A stretch of 64,000 nucleotides of DNA, from positions 64,001 to 128,000 of the forward strand of contig JBBRRY010000002.1 in assembly GCA_038245905.1 (NCBI GenBank), given 5' to 3'. Position numbers and translations under genes: made by a program. The DNA is from Thermoanaerobaculia bacterium (GTDB taxonomy: Bacteria > Acidobacteriota > Thermoanaerobaculia > UBA5066). Numbering within the stretch: the stretch's first letter is position 1; each line of letters starts with the position of its first letter. Of the stretch, positions 50,501 to 59,170 are shown piece by piece. Below the pieces are notes generated by a model. That model was not told the DNA's origin. It saw only the letters and a list, made by a program, of their open reading frames with translations, and searched no databases.

Positions 50501-50562
50501 GCCGTCAAGCCGAGAACAGCGAGCGTGAGCACCAGGAACGTGCGCAGCCGACGAAATCTCAT
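47521..50562 (-). CDS. Oar-type TonB-dependent receptor with N-terminal carboxypeptidase-regulatory-like domain, copy 1
   Basis: Signal peptide, GTVTD..G.PLPGA, plug motif GGYEAEYGR..GG.INVITKSGGN, C-terminal GARVSF. Confidence 0.9.
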   Translation of the reverse strand: MRFRRLRTFLVLTLAVLGLTANVAYSQTVGDIEGTVTDTNGSPLPGASLEAKSPSLQGARTKVSDAAGRFRFPALPPGVYTVVASLSGFGKVEKSNIRVQLGATATIPISMSVSVKEEIVVTGEAPVVDTTKTSVGTNATLESIQRLPLGRNFASIANTVAGTGTDVSGNVTVYGATGLENSYIIDGVNTTGVKIGTQAKTLNNEFVQEVEVRTGGYEAEYGRVLGGTINVITKSGGNEFKGDVFGYYDNDSLAAGDGKTEDRHTVLQGAYSVPKRIDAGADLGGFFVKDRLWFFGAYDRVSQDQPYERGLATTRNSIPALRQAVFTTGTDNVRNDLYSGKLTFRLGESNTLAASVFGDPGTFEGRASNTAVGSETSNRIDRKVGGADFSAKYDGIFGTNFLVQAQFGFHQDKAGETSPFSSSLYREQSQAGYTTEALPGSGPVILRDELYHRNVYKASGTFFMGTHEIKGGIDWEHLNSDFSETYGGNDRLTLRLNAAGTTVRNVQHRYFAVTPIEQNCTSLINPAKPWAIDNCNGYRVAHSVDNTPTTDNVALFAQDSFKVLKNLTINAGLRYEQQSLKDYTGTALVKIQNEWAPRIGIVWDLLNNGKSKVYGSYGRFYEIVPQDIQTRALGNEYIMFVRNSSQNSVDPINTVFPFAYVQGGELVQDNLKGMYQDELIAGFEYEVAKNWAIGVKGIYKALGGVVEDRCDVAINPDIAQYFTPGSSATCALINPGQGNSLGTIKDPTDKNCYPNGDADADGNLVAGLPCASTQARRYFRGIEFTVNHRFSDRFYLLASYLYSKLEGNYSGNLSQTREGGQTDPNINADFDYPGLVINAYGNLRNDRTHQAKLSGYYAFPFGLTAGMNASYTSGRPYSIRGCTPDQIACGGGYSQEGYLVPRGSAGTLPAVYEADLHLEYGIRVGQVSITPIVDVFNILNRQGVISREELFNNDGTIDSNAPAHQVGTASNPNCTAAVAAQGFTNACATNPNFGKDIAWQTPRVFRVGARVSF

Positions 50563-50703
50563 GTTGGATCTACCTCCTGAAAAAAATAAAAAGAAATGCG
50601 GTGAATCTCAACGCAAGAAATTCGACGTCGTCACAACGCTTGGACCCGAGACCGCGAGCAGTGCTCAGACGCAGGTGCAATTACCCTGCCCTGAAGTTGA
50701 GTA

Positions 50704-50732
50704 AGGCTACAGAGGGGAGGCATTGTAGTCAA
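50704..50732 (-). promoter_or_regulatory. Putative sigma-70 promoter for TonB receptor 1
   Basis: TTGACT-17 nt-TAGCCT on the minus strand in an AT-richer intergenic region. Confidence 0.55.
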
Positions 50733-50819
50733 AGGGGAAAAAACCGCAGGGGTGATGGTTATCCACCGCCGAATCCAAGAAAGCAGATCTGAGTCCCATT
50801 CGCTGGTCACGTTCCGGTT

Positions 50820-52799
50820 TCAGCGCTGGGGCGCGCCCGAGGCTGCGTCGATCATCGCGAGGGCGGATCGGATCTCCGGCTGGTCCGGCTTGAGCGCGAG
50901 CGACCGCGAAAGCTCGTGGCGGGCTTCCGCCAGACGGCCCTGACAGAACAGCGAGAGTCCGAGGCCGTTCCTGGACACGACGTCACCCTCCTCCTGGGCG
51001 ACCGCGTCCGCGAACGCCGCCTCCGCTCCCGCGCAGTCCTTCACCTCGAAGAGGGCGTCGCCGAGAGCACGTTTCGTCCGCGCGCTCCGAGGCAACGCCG
51101 TCGCGGCCGCCTTCAGGAAAGAGAGCCTGTGGGCGGCGACGGCGCTCGACCGCGCCGCGAGGTGCCGGTATGCGGAGGCCCGGCGCTCGACGGCCCCCTC
51201 CGGGTCGTGGTAGCCGTTTCGGAGAGCCGAAAGGAACGCGTCGTCCGCCTCGAGAAACTTCCCGAGCGCGAAGTACGCCTCCGAAACGTTCATCCAGACC
51301 TTGGGAGCGCCCGGGTCGAGGTCGAGGGCCCTCCGGTACCACGGGATCGCATCGGACGGCCGCCCGCGCTTCCTCAGGAACGTTCCGACGTTCGAGAACC
51401 CCATGGGCGTCTCGAGTCCGGCCCGCGGCACCACGGCGCTCTCGACGTGCGCCGCCTCCGTGCCCGTGAGGTATCCGAGCGAGATCAGCTTCTTCGTGAA
51501 CTCGTCCGCGACGCGTTTCTCCTCGGCCGGCCTCCCGGCGGGGACGAGCCGCTCCACGGGGCCGAACGCGGCCCAGCTCTTTGCCAGCACAGGCGCCGGC
51601 GCCTTCGCGACGATCCCCGGGACGGGGTGCCCCTCCCAGGCGGGATCGGGAGGGAGGCCGAGAAGGCGTGACATGGTCGGCGCGACGTCGAAGACGGTCG
51701 ACTTCCCCCGCGCGGAGGACGGTGCCACGGCCGGTCCGGCCGCCACGAGGATTCCAGGCGTCCGGTGCCAGAGGTACGCCGTCTCGATCTGCACGCCGGA
51801 AAAGGAGGCCGGCCGGTCCGACCCCGACCGGAAGCCGTGGTCGGAGAGGAGCAGCAGCGTCGCCCCGTCGCGTTCGGCCCGGGCGGAGAGCTCGCCCAGG
51901 AGCCGGTCTGCCTCCTCGTAGAGTCCCACCACGCCGTTTCCGTACTTCCGGAGGTCCTCCGCGGTGACTCCGGCAAGCCGTGGCGGGCTGAAGCGTCCGA
52001 GGACGTGGCCGATCTCGTCCGTCCCCTGAAAGTAGACCATCAGAAGCTCCGGCTTCTCGCGGTCGTAGAGGTCGAGGGCGATCCGCCCGGTCACGCGGGT
52101 GACGCCGAGGATCTTTCGAAAGCCGGTCACGGGATCCGCGAGGTCCTTTCTGGCGAGGACCGCCGTGTCAAACTCGGCGCGCGTCACCGCGAGCCCTCTT
52201 GCGACGTCGTCGTAAGGCGGGCTCCCCTCGCGGCGGAGGACCAGGCGCGCCCCGTCCGCCAGCTCCTCGGGCCACGTCAGCGCAGGAGAGCGCGCGAGGC
52301 TCTCGGGGTCGAAGAGGACGGGTGCGACGCGGTCGGAGACGAGGAAGCCATTTACCTTCTCGGCGGGCCACGTCGCCCACCACCCCACGACGCCGACGGA
52401 GATTCCCCGCGCCGAGGCCGCGTTCCAGATCGCGGGCACCTTCCGCGAGCGGCCGGTGACCGGGATCAGGACCCGGTTCGTCGCGTCGTTTTCCTGGAAA
52501 TCGGTCACGCCGTGGTCGACGGGCGTCCGGCCCGTCGCGATCGTCGTCCAGATGAGCGGCGACGCCATCGGCTCGAAAGTCCCGAGATCGTACGTCCGCC
52601 CGCGCGCGACAAGTCGTGCGAGGTGCGGCAGCTTCCCGTCTCTCAGCAGCGGGTCGAGAAGCCCCCAGTCCGCGCCGTCCCATCCGACGACGACGACCCG
52701 CGGCCGCGGCGGGGCGGAAGAGCCCGTTCCCGCAGCGAGCGCGAGGCCCAGGAGCGCGCCGGGCACGCGGAGGCGTCGAATCGGTCGCACCTCGGCCAT
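50820..52799 (-). CDS. Exported alkaline-phosphatase-superfamily protein with TPRs, copy 2
   Basis: Paralog of 45465-47447 with shared PMASPLIWTTIATGRTPVDHGVTDFQE and ELLMVYFQGTDEIGHVLG; exact start uncertain. Confidence 0.82.
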   Translation of the reverse strand: MAEVRPIRRLRVPGALLGLALAAGTGSSAPPRPRVVVVGWDGADWGLLDPLLRDGKLPHLARLVARGRTYDLGTFEPMASPLIWTTIATGRTPVDHGVTDFQENDATNRVLIPVTGRSRKVPAIWNAASARGISVGVVGWWATWPAEKVNGFLVSDRVAPVLFDPESLARSPALTWPEELADGARLVLRREGSPPYDDVARGLAVTRAEFDTAVLARKDLADPVTGFRKILGVTRVTGRIALDLYDREKPELLMVYFQGTDEIGHVLGRFSPPRLAGVTAEDLRKYGNGVVGLYEEADRLLGELSARAERDGATLLLLSDHGFRSGSDRPASFSGVQIETAYLWHRTPGILVAAGPAVAPSSARGKSTVFDVAPTMSRLLGLPPDPAWEGHPVPGIVAKAPAPVLAKSWAAFGPVERLVPAGRPAEEKRVADEFTKKLISLGYLTGTEAAHVESAVVPRAGLETPMGFSNVGTFLRKRGRPSDAIPWYRRALDLDPGAPKVWMNVSEAYFALGKFLEADDAFLSALRNGYHDPEGAVERRASAYRHLAARSSAVAAHRLSFLKAAATALPRSARTKRALGDALFEVKDCAGAEAAFADAVAQEEGDVVSRNGLGLSLFCQGRLAEARHELSRSLALKPDQPEIRSALAMIDAASGAPQR

Positions 52800-52813
52800 T
52801 CTAGGGTCTGGAG

Positions 52814-52852
52814 AAAAACGAAGAGGGGGAGGGCCGAAGCCCTCCCCCTCTT
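52814..52852 (-). terminator. Rho-independent terminator after TonB receptor 2
   Basis: 14-bp stem AAGAGGGGGAGGGC with UUCG loop, then CGTTTTT on the minus strand. Confidence 0.85.
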
Positions 52853-52882
52853 TCCCGCAAATGCCGGGTGAAGCGAGAAGCG

Positions 52883-55800
52883 CTAGAAGCTGACGCGGGC
52901 GCCGAGCTTGACCGACGCCGGCGCCGCCCGCCACGTGACCTTTCCGTAATTGGGATTGTAGCCATCGGGATTCTGGACCGCGGAGCAGTTGCTCACGAGA
53001 TCGGGGTTGCCGCCCGTCGGCGGATTGACGGAGCAGTCCTGATCCACGCCCCAGATGGTCTGCTTGTTCAGAAGGTTGAACCCCTGCGCGAAGAGCGTGA
53101 CGGTGATCGGGTTGAGCTTGAGCGCGTAGGACACGGACAGGTTGATGTCGTAGTCGGTGGGGAGGTTTCCCTCGGTCCCGCGCGGCGTGACGAAGTTGGC
53201 TTCGGCGCCGTAGCCGCCGTTGTAATAGCCGTACTTGCTGAGCGGCGCGCCCGACTTCACGTGCGCGTTGAAGCCCACCGTCATCCCGAATGGAGCCGTG
53301 TACGCCACATCCAGCCGGAAGGCGTGGCGACGGTCGAGGAAGAGGTTGCCCTGCGCGTACTTCAGGAACCCGGGGTAGTCGTAGTCGGCGTTGATACCGG
53401 GATCCGTCTGGCCGCCGCCGGCGTACGTGAACTCGCCGATCGACGCCTCGCCGTCGTAGTTGCCGTACACGTGAGACCAGAGGTAGCTCGCCTGGGCCCA
53501 GAGCTGGTCACTGACGCGCTTCTTCACCACCAGCTCGACGCCGTGGTACTTGCGCTCCGCGGCTGGAATCGAGACGTTGCTCGTCTGCGGTCCCGTGCAC
53601 TGCGAGTCCGGGGAATTGCCGCTCGAGTCGACGTAGTCGCGCCCGTCGCACGTGTGGACGCCGACGCCCGTCGCGAAGGGGCTGCCCGAGCCGGGGTTGA
53701 CGATGACGCACGTGTTTCCGTTGGACTCCGCGTAGCCCGCGTCGAAGTCGCACCGGTCCTCGATCACGCGGCCGAGGTTCCGGTAGATGTACCTTAGGCC
53801 GACCGAGAACGTCGGGTCGAAGGCCTTCTCGACACCGATCGTGAACTCGTCCTGGTAGATCCCCTTGAGGTCGTCCTGGAACGGCTCGTTGTTGACGCCG
53901 CCCTGCGTGAAGGGCTGGCGCTTGAGAGCCGGATCCTGCGCGACGCTCAGCGGGTCGCCGCTGAAGTTGTACGTCGTGGCGGTGATCTTGCGGTTGTAGG
54001 AGCGGACGGTCAGGTCGGTTGGCAGCGCGTAGTAGAAACGCCCGAACGAGACGGCGACCTTCGTGGAGCCGTCCTTCATCGGGTCCCACGCGATACCGAG
54101 CCGCGGCTGCCATTCGTTCTTCAGCTTGAACGTCTGGCCCCCCTCCTGGAGGACCTTGCCGGCGGCGTCGACCGCACGGTCGTTGAAAATCTCGCTCCCG
54201 TCGAACCGGCGGATGTCCTCCTGGTCGTACCGTACGCCAAGGTGGACCGTGAGGTTCGGGATCACCTTCCAGGTGTCCTGGAGGAAGACCCCGAGACGGT
54301 ACGCTCGCGGCTGCACGGTGTTTCCCCCGGGGAGGAATGCGCTCTCGAGCTTCGTCTTGTCGGTCGTGAGCGTGTAGAAGGCGTGTCCGTAGTAGAAGGG
54401 GTCGTTCGCGTGCGCGCCGGTGCAGATGGCGGTCGTGCAGTTGTACTTGAGGAGCTGCGCCCCACCGCTGTAGATGTCCGTCGACGTCGTCAGGTTGTTC
54501 TCGAAGTCGACGCCGCCCTTGATCTCATGCGACGAGAAGAAGACCGTCCCGCTCCCCTTGATGGCGTCCCGCTTGGACTCGTTGTAGTCGCGGAAGCCCC
54601 GGACGGAGCCGAAGCCGCCGGAGTCGATCGGGTTGTTGGGGTCGAACGTGTAGTCTCGGGTCTGCGCGATGCTCGCGCCCGCGCCGGTCACGGTGTAGCG
54701 GTCCATGTGGCGCGAGAAGCGCGCGTCGAAGAGGCCCGAAGCGCCGAAAATCTGCGAAATGCTCCCCGAGAAATCGGTCGCGCCGATCTTGCGCGTGCCG
54801 TCCTGCGACAGGGGATTGCTGGACGTGAAGTTGCGGAGCGCGCCCGTCCGCTCCTCCGGGTCGCCGAAGATCGTCCCGACGATCGTCGTCGAGTCGGTGA
54901 CCCGGGCCGTCAGCTTCGCGGAGAAGAGGTCGGAGTGGTAGCTGATCGGGAAGGTCTTGCCAGCGTTCGGGAGGCCCGTTCCGGCCAGCGTGTTCTGGTC
55001 GACGTCCGTGTCCACGCGGTTGTACGCACCGAAGAACCACAGGCGGTCCTTCAGGGCGTAGCCGCCAAGGTCGATGCCGTAGTCCCCGGAGCTCTGCTTC
55101 GAGGTGTCGACGCCGTACGGGGGACCCGTGAAGACCTCGTCGGTCGTCGCATCGCCTTTCCGGTCGGCGGTCAGGCTCTTGGGCTGGAAGTAGCCGAAGG
55201 CGTCGCCCTTGAATGTGTTGCCGCCCGACTTCGTGACGACGTTGATGATGCCGCCCATCGCGCGGCCGTACTCGGCCTCGTAGCCGCCCGTCTTGATCTG
55301 AACTTCCTCGACGAACTCCTGGGACAGGGCCTTCCCCTGGAAGCCACGGATGACGTTCGTCGTGTTGACGCCGTCGACGAGATACTGGTTCTCGATCGAC
55401 GTGGCGCCGTAGATGCTGAACGAGAGGGCCCGCCCCTGGGTGTCGCCCGGGTCGAGCGAGACGCCCGGGTTCATCGCCACCGCGGACGCATAGTTCCGCC
55501 CGAGCGGCATCTTCCCGACGATCTCCTGCCGGACGTTGATCCCGGACGTGGTTTCCGTGGTGTCGACGACGGGCATCTCGCCGGTCACGACAATGTCGGC
55601 TGTCTTCGAGATGTCGAGGCGGAAGGGGACGCTGGCCGTGCCGTCGAGGGTGACGACGACGCCGTTCCGCTGGACGGATCGGAAGCCCGCAAGCACCGCC
55701 GTGACGGTGTAGCTCCCCGGCGGAACGGCGGAGAACCGATAGCGCCCCGCGGCGTCCGTCGCGGCGCTCCTTACGCCCTGGAGCGACGGCGACTTCGCCT

Positions 55801-55945
55801 CGACCCTGGCGCCGGGGAGCGGAGCACCCCCGGAATCGGACACGACCCCGTCGATGGAGCCCGTCGTCTGGGCGGCTGCCGGGAGCGCCGCGGTCGAGAC
55901 CGCGACAGCGAGCACGAACGGAATGATGGATCCTCGCAATCTCAT
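52883..55945 (-). CDS. Oar-type TonB-dependent receptor, copy 2
   Basis: Same architecture as 47521-50562; shared EDRCD, GGQTDP.INAD.DYPG and GARVSF blocks. Confidence 0.9.
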   Translation of the reverse strand: MRLRGSIIPFVLAVAVSTAALPAAAQTTGSIDGVVSDSGGAPLPGARVEAKSPSLQGVRSAATDAAGRYRFSAVPPGSYTVTAVLAGFRSVQRNGVVVTLDGTASVPFRLDISKTADIVVTGEMPVVDTTETTSGINVRQEIVGKMPLGRNYASAVAMNPGVSLDPGDTQGRALSFSIYGATSIENQYLVDGVNTTNVIRGFQGKALSQEFVEEVQIKTGGYEAEYGRAMGGIINVVTKSGGNTFKGDAFGYFQPKSLTADRKGDATTDEVFTGPPYGVDTSKQSSGDYGIDLGGYALKDRLWFFGAYNRVDTDVDQNTLAGTGLPNAGKTFPISYHSDLFSAKLTARVTDSTTIVGTIFGDPEERTGALRNFTSSNPLSQDGTRKIGATDFSGSISQIFGASGLFDARFSRHMDRYTVTGAGASIAQTRDYTFDPNNPIDSGGFGSVRGFRDYNESKRDAIKGSGTVFFSSHEIKGGVDFENNLTTSTDIYSGGAQLLKYNCTTAICTGAHANDPFYYGHAFYTLTTDKTKLESAFLPGGNTVQPRAYRLGVFLQDTWKVIPNLTVHLGVRYDQEDIRRFDGSEIFNDRAVDAAGKVLQEGGQTFKLKNEWQPRLGIAWDPMKDGSTKVAVSFGRFYYALPTDLTVRSYNRKITATTYNFSGDPLSVAQDPALKRQPFTQGGVNNEPFQDDLKGIYQDEFTIGVEKAFDPTFSVGLRYIYRNLGRVIEDRCDFDAGYAESNGNTCVIVNPGSGSPFATGVGVHTCDGRDYVDSSGNSPDSQCTGPQTSNVSIPAAERKYHGVELVVKKRVSDQLWAQASYLWSHVYGNYDGEASIGEFTYAGGGQTDPGINADYDYPGFLKYAQGNLFLDRRHAFRLDVAYTAPFGMTVGFNAHVKSGAPLSKYGYYNGGYGAEANFVTPRGTEGNLPTDYDINLSVSYALKLNPITVTLFAQGFNLLNKQTIWGVDQDCSVNPPTGGNPDLVSNCSAVQNPDGYNPNYGKVTWRAAPASVKLGARVSF

Positions 55946-56026
55946 TTAGACCTCCTGAATAAAAAATGAAAAAGAAACAGCACGTCGACCTGCCGTCGTT
56001 CCAAACCACCCCTGAGAATTTTTCGC

Positions 56027-56055
56027 AATCTGACGCCACGGCCCCGCTCTGTCAA
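56027..56055 (-). promoter_or_regulatory. Putative sigma-70 promoter for TonB receptor 2
   Basis: TTGACA-17 nt-CAGATT on the minus strand. Confidence 0.45.
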
Positions 56056-56078
56056 GCGTGAACCGCGGTCCCGCTGCA

Positions 56079-57788
56079 CTAATACGACGGGTTGATTTTC
56101 GCTGCCACGGGCCGATTCGAGAGCAGCACGTGCTTCCCGCTCGCCTCCCTGGCGATGATCTGCGCCTTGGTACTCGAGAGTGGGGGCCGGCCGAACTCCG
56201 AAAGGTGGTCCCGGTGCACCACGACAAGGACTCGCCGGTCCCCGTTCCAGCTCGCCGCGAACTCCTCGTCCTTCGGAAAGAGCGCCTCCGTTCCAGCGTG
56301 TGAGCGCCCGAAGTCGAGCTCGCTCCAGGAGAGAGAGGCAACAGGCGTAAGACGCTTCGCGTAGAAGGGAAGCACCTCGAGGTAGTGCCCCTTCTGCATG
56401 AGAAGGTCGCCCTCGTCGAGAATCTCGCTCACGCGCGACGTGACCGGCCACGGGGTAACGGACCGCGCGGCACCGGGCAGCACGACGAGGAGGCCCGCCA
56501 CGAACGCGAGCCAGGGAGCGGCCACCCAGGGAACGGGATCTCCCTCGCGCCTCAGGCCGAAGACTCGCGGCGAGACGTTGACGACGAAACCCCCGAGCAG
56601 CGCGCCGAGCGCGAGGAGGCCCGTGCGCCCGCTCCCGAACCGTTCGAGAAAGCCGGCGCCCCAGCCGTACGCCGCCGCCGCGGCGAACAGCAGCCCGAAG
56701 AACACGGCCGCGAGGCGACGGTCTCCCCGGAACTCCGCGCCGCGCGCGCGGGCCCGCTCGATGCCGAGCGCGAGGAGCACCGAGAGCGCGGGCCAGATCG
56801 GGAGAACGTACGGAATGAGCTTCGACCTCGACGCCGAAAAAAAGGCGAAGACGAGCAAGGCCCAGATCCAGAGGAAGGCCTCCGTGGAACGTGCCCTCCA
56901 CGCCCCGCGCGTGAAGCCGGGCCAGGACTCCCGAAAGCGCCCGAAAAAAGCCGTCCAGGGCAGGAAGCCGGCGACGAGGACCGGAATGAAATAAACGGCG
57001 GGCCCCGTCCGGCGATGCTCCGTGGTCGCGAAGCGCTGGAAGTGCTCGTGAACGAAATAGAACTGGAGAAAGTCAGGATGGCGCAGCGCCATCGCGACGT
57101 GCCACGGAACGGCCAGCGCGAAGAACAGGAGGAGCGGCCCGGGCGAGAACACGCGCCGAAGCGTGAGCCAGCGGCCCGTGACGAGCGTCCAGACGACGAT
57201 GGCGCCTCCGGGAAGGACAACCCCGATGAGCCCCTTCAGGAGGATTGCCGCCGCGCACGCGGCGTGGAACGCGTAGAGCGAGTAGCGCGAACGCCGCGCA
57301 TCCCCCGCGGCATCCGCCTCCGCGAAGGACGCAAACGCGAACGTCGCGGCCGCGAGCGCCGCCGAGAGCATGGGGTCGATGAGCGCGACCCGCGCGAGAG
57401 CGACGAGCAGGATGGAGCTAGCGAGGATGAGACCTGCGAGGAGGCTCGTCCGTGTTCCCCACCGCCGCCGAGCGAAGGCGACCGCGAGCAGGACCATCGA
57501 GACCGCGGCGAGCTTTCCCGGCAGGCGCACGGCCATCTCGGTCGGGCCCAGGATCGCGAGCGAGGCCGCGACGCTCCAGTAGTAGAGCGGCGGTTTCTCG
57601 AAGTAGAGAACGCCGTTCAGGCGTGGGGTCAGGAAATCCCCCGTGGCGAGCATCTCGCGCGGAATCTCGGCGTAGCGGCCCTCGTCCGGCTCGAAGAGCG
57701 GGACCTTTCCGGGCTCGAACACGAGGAGAAGCACCGCCAGAAGGAGGAGGACTAAGAGCGTCCGGTCGACGCGCTCGGGCCGTTTCAC
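56079..57788 (-). CDS. arnT: 4-amino-4-deoxy-L-arabinose transferase (GT83)
   Basis: PDEGRYAEIPREM, YFEKPPL, LKGLIG, FLPW, SKLIPYVLP; GTG start overlaps the wzt stop. Confidence 0.88.
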   Translation of the reverse strand: MKRPERVDRTLLVLLLLAVLLLVFEPGKVPLFEPDEGRYAEIPREMLATGDFLTPRLNGVLYFEKPPLYYWSVAASLAILGPTEMAVRLPGKLAAVSMVLLAVAFARRRWGTRTSLLAGLILASSILLVALARVALIDPMLSAALAAATFAFASFAEADAAGDARRSRYSLYAFHAACAAAILLKGLIGVVLPGGAIVVWTLVTGRWLTLRRVFSPGPLLLFFALAVPWHVAMALRHPDFLQFYFVHEHFQRFATTEHRRTGPAVYFIPVLVAGFLPWTAFFGRFRESWPGFTRGAWRARSTEAFLWIWALLVFAFFSASRSKLIPYVLPIWPALSVLLALGIERARARGAEFRGDRRLAAVFFGLLFAAAAAYGWGAGFLERFGSGRTGLLALGALLGGFVVNVSPRVFGLRREGDPVPWVAAPWLAFVAGLLVVLPGAARSVTPWPVTSRVSEILDEGDLLMQKGHYLEVLPFYAKRLTPVASLSWSELDFGRSHAGTEALFPKDEEFAASWNGDRRVLVVVHRDHLSEFGRPPLSSTKAQIIAREASGKHVLLSNRPVAAKINPSY

Positions 57789-59170
57789 CGCGCACCGACC
57801 GAGACGCCGCCCGAGAACGTCCAGCGGCGCTCGGGGCGATACAGGCCCGTGCCCTGGTCCGGCGAGTCCACCTGAAAGCGACACGCGCCGCGCCAGTAGT
57901 CGTAGGGCGTCTCGCGCCGCGAATGAACCGCGACATCCAGGAGATACGTCCCGGCCCCGAGGTCGAGACGAGGCAACGTCACGCGCACCGTCGCGGGGCC
58001 GTCGAGACTCTTCGGGAGGATGCCGTCGATTTCCGTGTTCGTGCCGTGCACGCAGACTTCGTCGGGCGTGAAGATGGCGATGCCGAAGACGAAATCGGAC
58101 GTCGGAACCCGCGGCTCCGCCGCGATCTCGATCGTCACGGATTCGCCCGAACGGAACGCATAGCGCTCGACGCCAGCGGCGTCGAGCAATCTGCAGCCCG
58201 TGATCGAAACGTCCCGGTTGCCCCAGCGGCGGGGAGAAATTTTCTGTTTCGGAGGCGCCGGCTCCGCCGAAGTCGTCGCCTGCTGCAAGCCCTCTTCGGG
58301 ATCGGCTGGTTTTTCTTCGATGGGTAAAGAGGACGAAGCTGCGGCGAGAATCTTCTGATCTTTCCGGTGCTCTGTCTCGAGCCGCACGCCTTCCCCCGCC
58401 GCGACGTCGAGGCGGTAGGCCGCCAGCATCTCCCGCGGGTCACCGAGGCCCTTCACGCGGCCCTGCTCGAGATAGAGGACGCGATCGCACAGCTCCTCCA
58501 CGAGGACGAGCGAGTGCGAGACGAAGAAAATCGTCTTTCCGCGCCGCGAGAAATCCGCGATCGTGTCGAGGCATCGGTGCGCGAACGCCTCGTCGCCCAC
58601 GGCGAGCACCTCGTCCACGACGAGGATGTCCGGGTCGACGTGCACGGCCACGGCGAAACCGAGGCGCACGTACATGCCCGACGAGTACGTCTTGACGGGC
58701 TCGTCGATGAAGTCTTCGAGGCCCGAGAACGCAACGATCTCGGGGAGCTTCTTCTCGATCTCCTTGCGCGTGAGGCCGAGCATGACGCCGTTGATGATGA
58801 CGTTCTCGCGCCCCGAGATCTCGGGATGAAAGCCCGCGCCGAGCTCGATGAGGGCCGAGACCTTCCCGTCCACGAGGAGCTGACCCGACGTGGGCTTGAA
58901 GAGGCCTGCGACGAGCTTCAGGAGCGTCGACTTGCCGCTGCCGTTCGGCCCGATCACGCCGAACGTCTCGCCCCGCGCCACCGTGAACGAAACATCTGAA
59001 AGAGCCGCCACCACCTCGGACGGAGCGAGCGCGGCCCCGAGGGAACGTCCGAGGAGCGCCGACTTCAGCGTGCCGAACGCGCGCGTGCGTCCCCACTTGC
59101 GATACGCCTTCGAGAGCTGGACGGCAGTCACGGCGGCCGTGGCGGGCGTGGGGGGCGCAGCGGGCTTCAT
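57785..59170 (-). CDS. wzt: Polysaccharide ABC exporter ATP-binding protein with Wzt_C domain
   Basis: GPNGSGKST, LIELGAGFHPE, YSSGMYVRLGF, VDEVLAVGD, C-terminal RWGN..Wzt_C-like domain. Confidence 0.9.
   Translation of the reverse strand: MKPAAPPTPATAAVTAVQLSKAYRKWGRTRAFGTLKSALLGRSLGAALAPSEVVAALSDVSFTVARGETFGVIGPNGSGKSTLLKLVAGLFKPTSGQLLVDGKVSALIELGAGFHPEISGRENVIINGVMLGLTRKEIEKKLPEIVAFSGLEDFIDEPVKTYSSGMYVRLGFAVAVHVDPDILVVDEVLAVGDEAFAHRCLDTIADFSRRGKTIFFVSHSLVLVEELCDRVLYLEQGRVKGLGDPREMLAAYRLDVAAGEGVRLETEHRKDQKILAAASSSLPIEEKPADPEEGLQQATTSAEPAPPKQKISPRRWGNRDVSITGCRLLDAAGVERYAFRSGESVTIEIAAEPRVPTSDFVFGIAIFTPDEVCVHGTNTEIDGILPKSLDGPATVRVTLPRLDLGAGTYLLDVAVHSRRETPYDYWRGACRFQVDSPDQGTGLYRPERRWTFSGGVSVGAR

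Noticed and set aside
50600-50819. Small ORFs or an ncRNA in the AT-richer intergenic region
   Set aside because: No RBS-supported ORF or recognisable RNA family is present; the region is consistent with the promoter and 5' UTR of the receptor.
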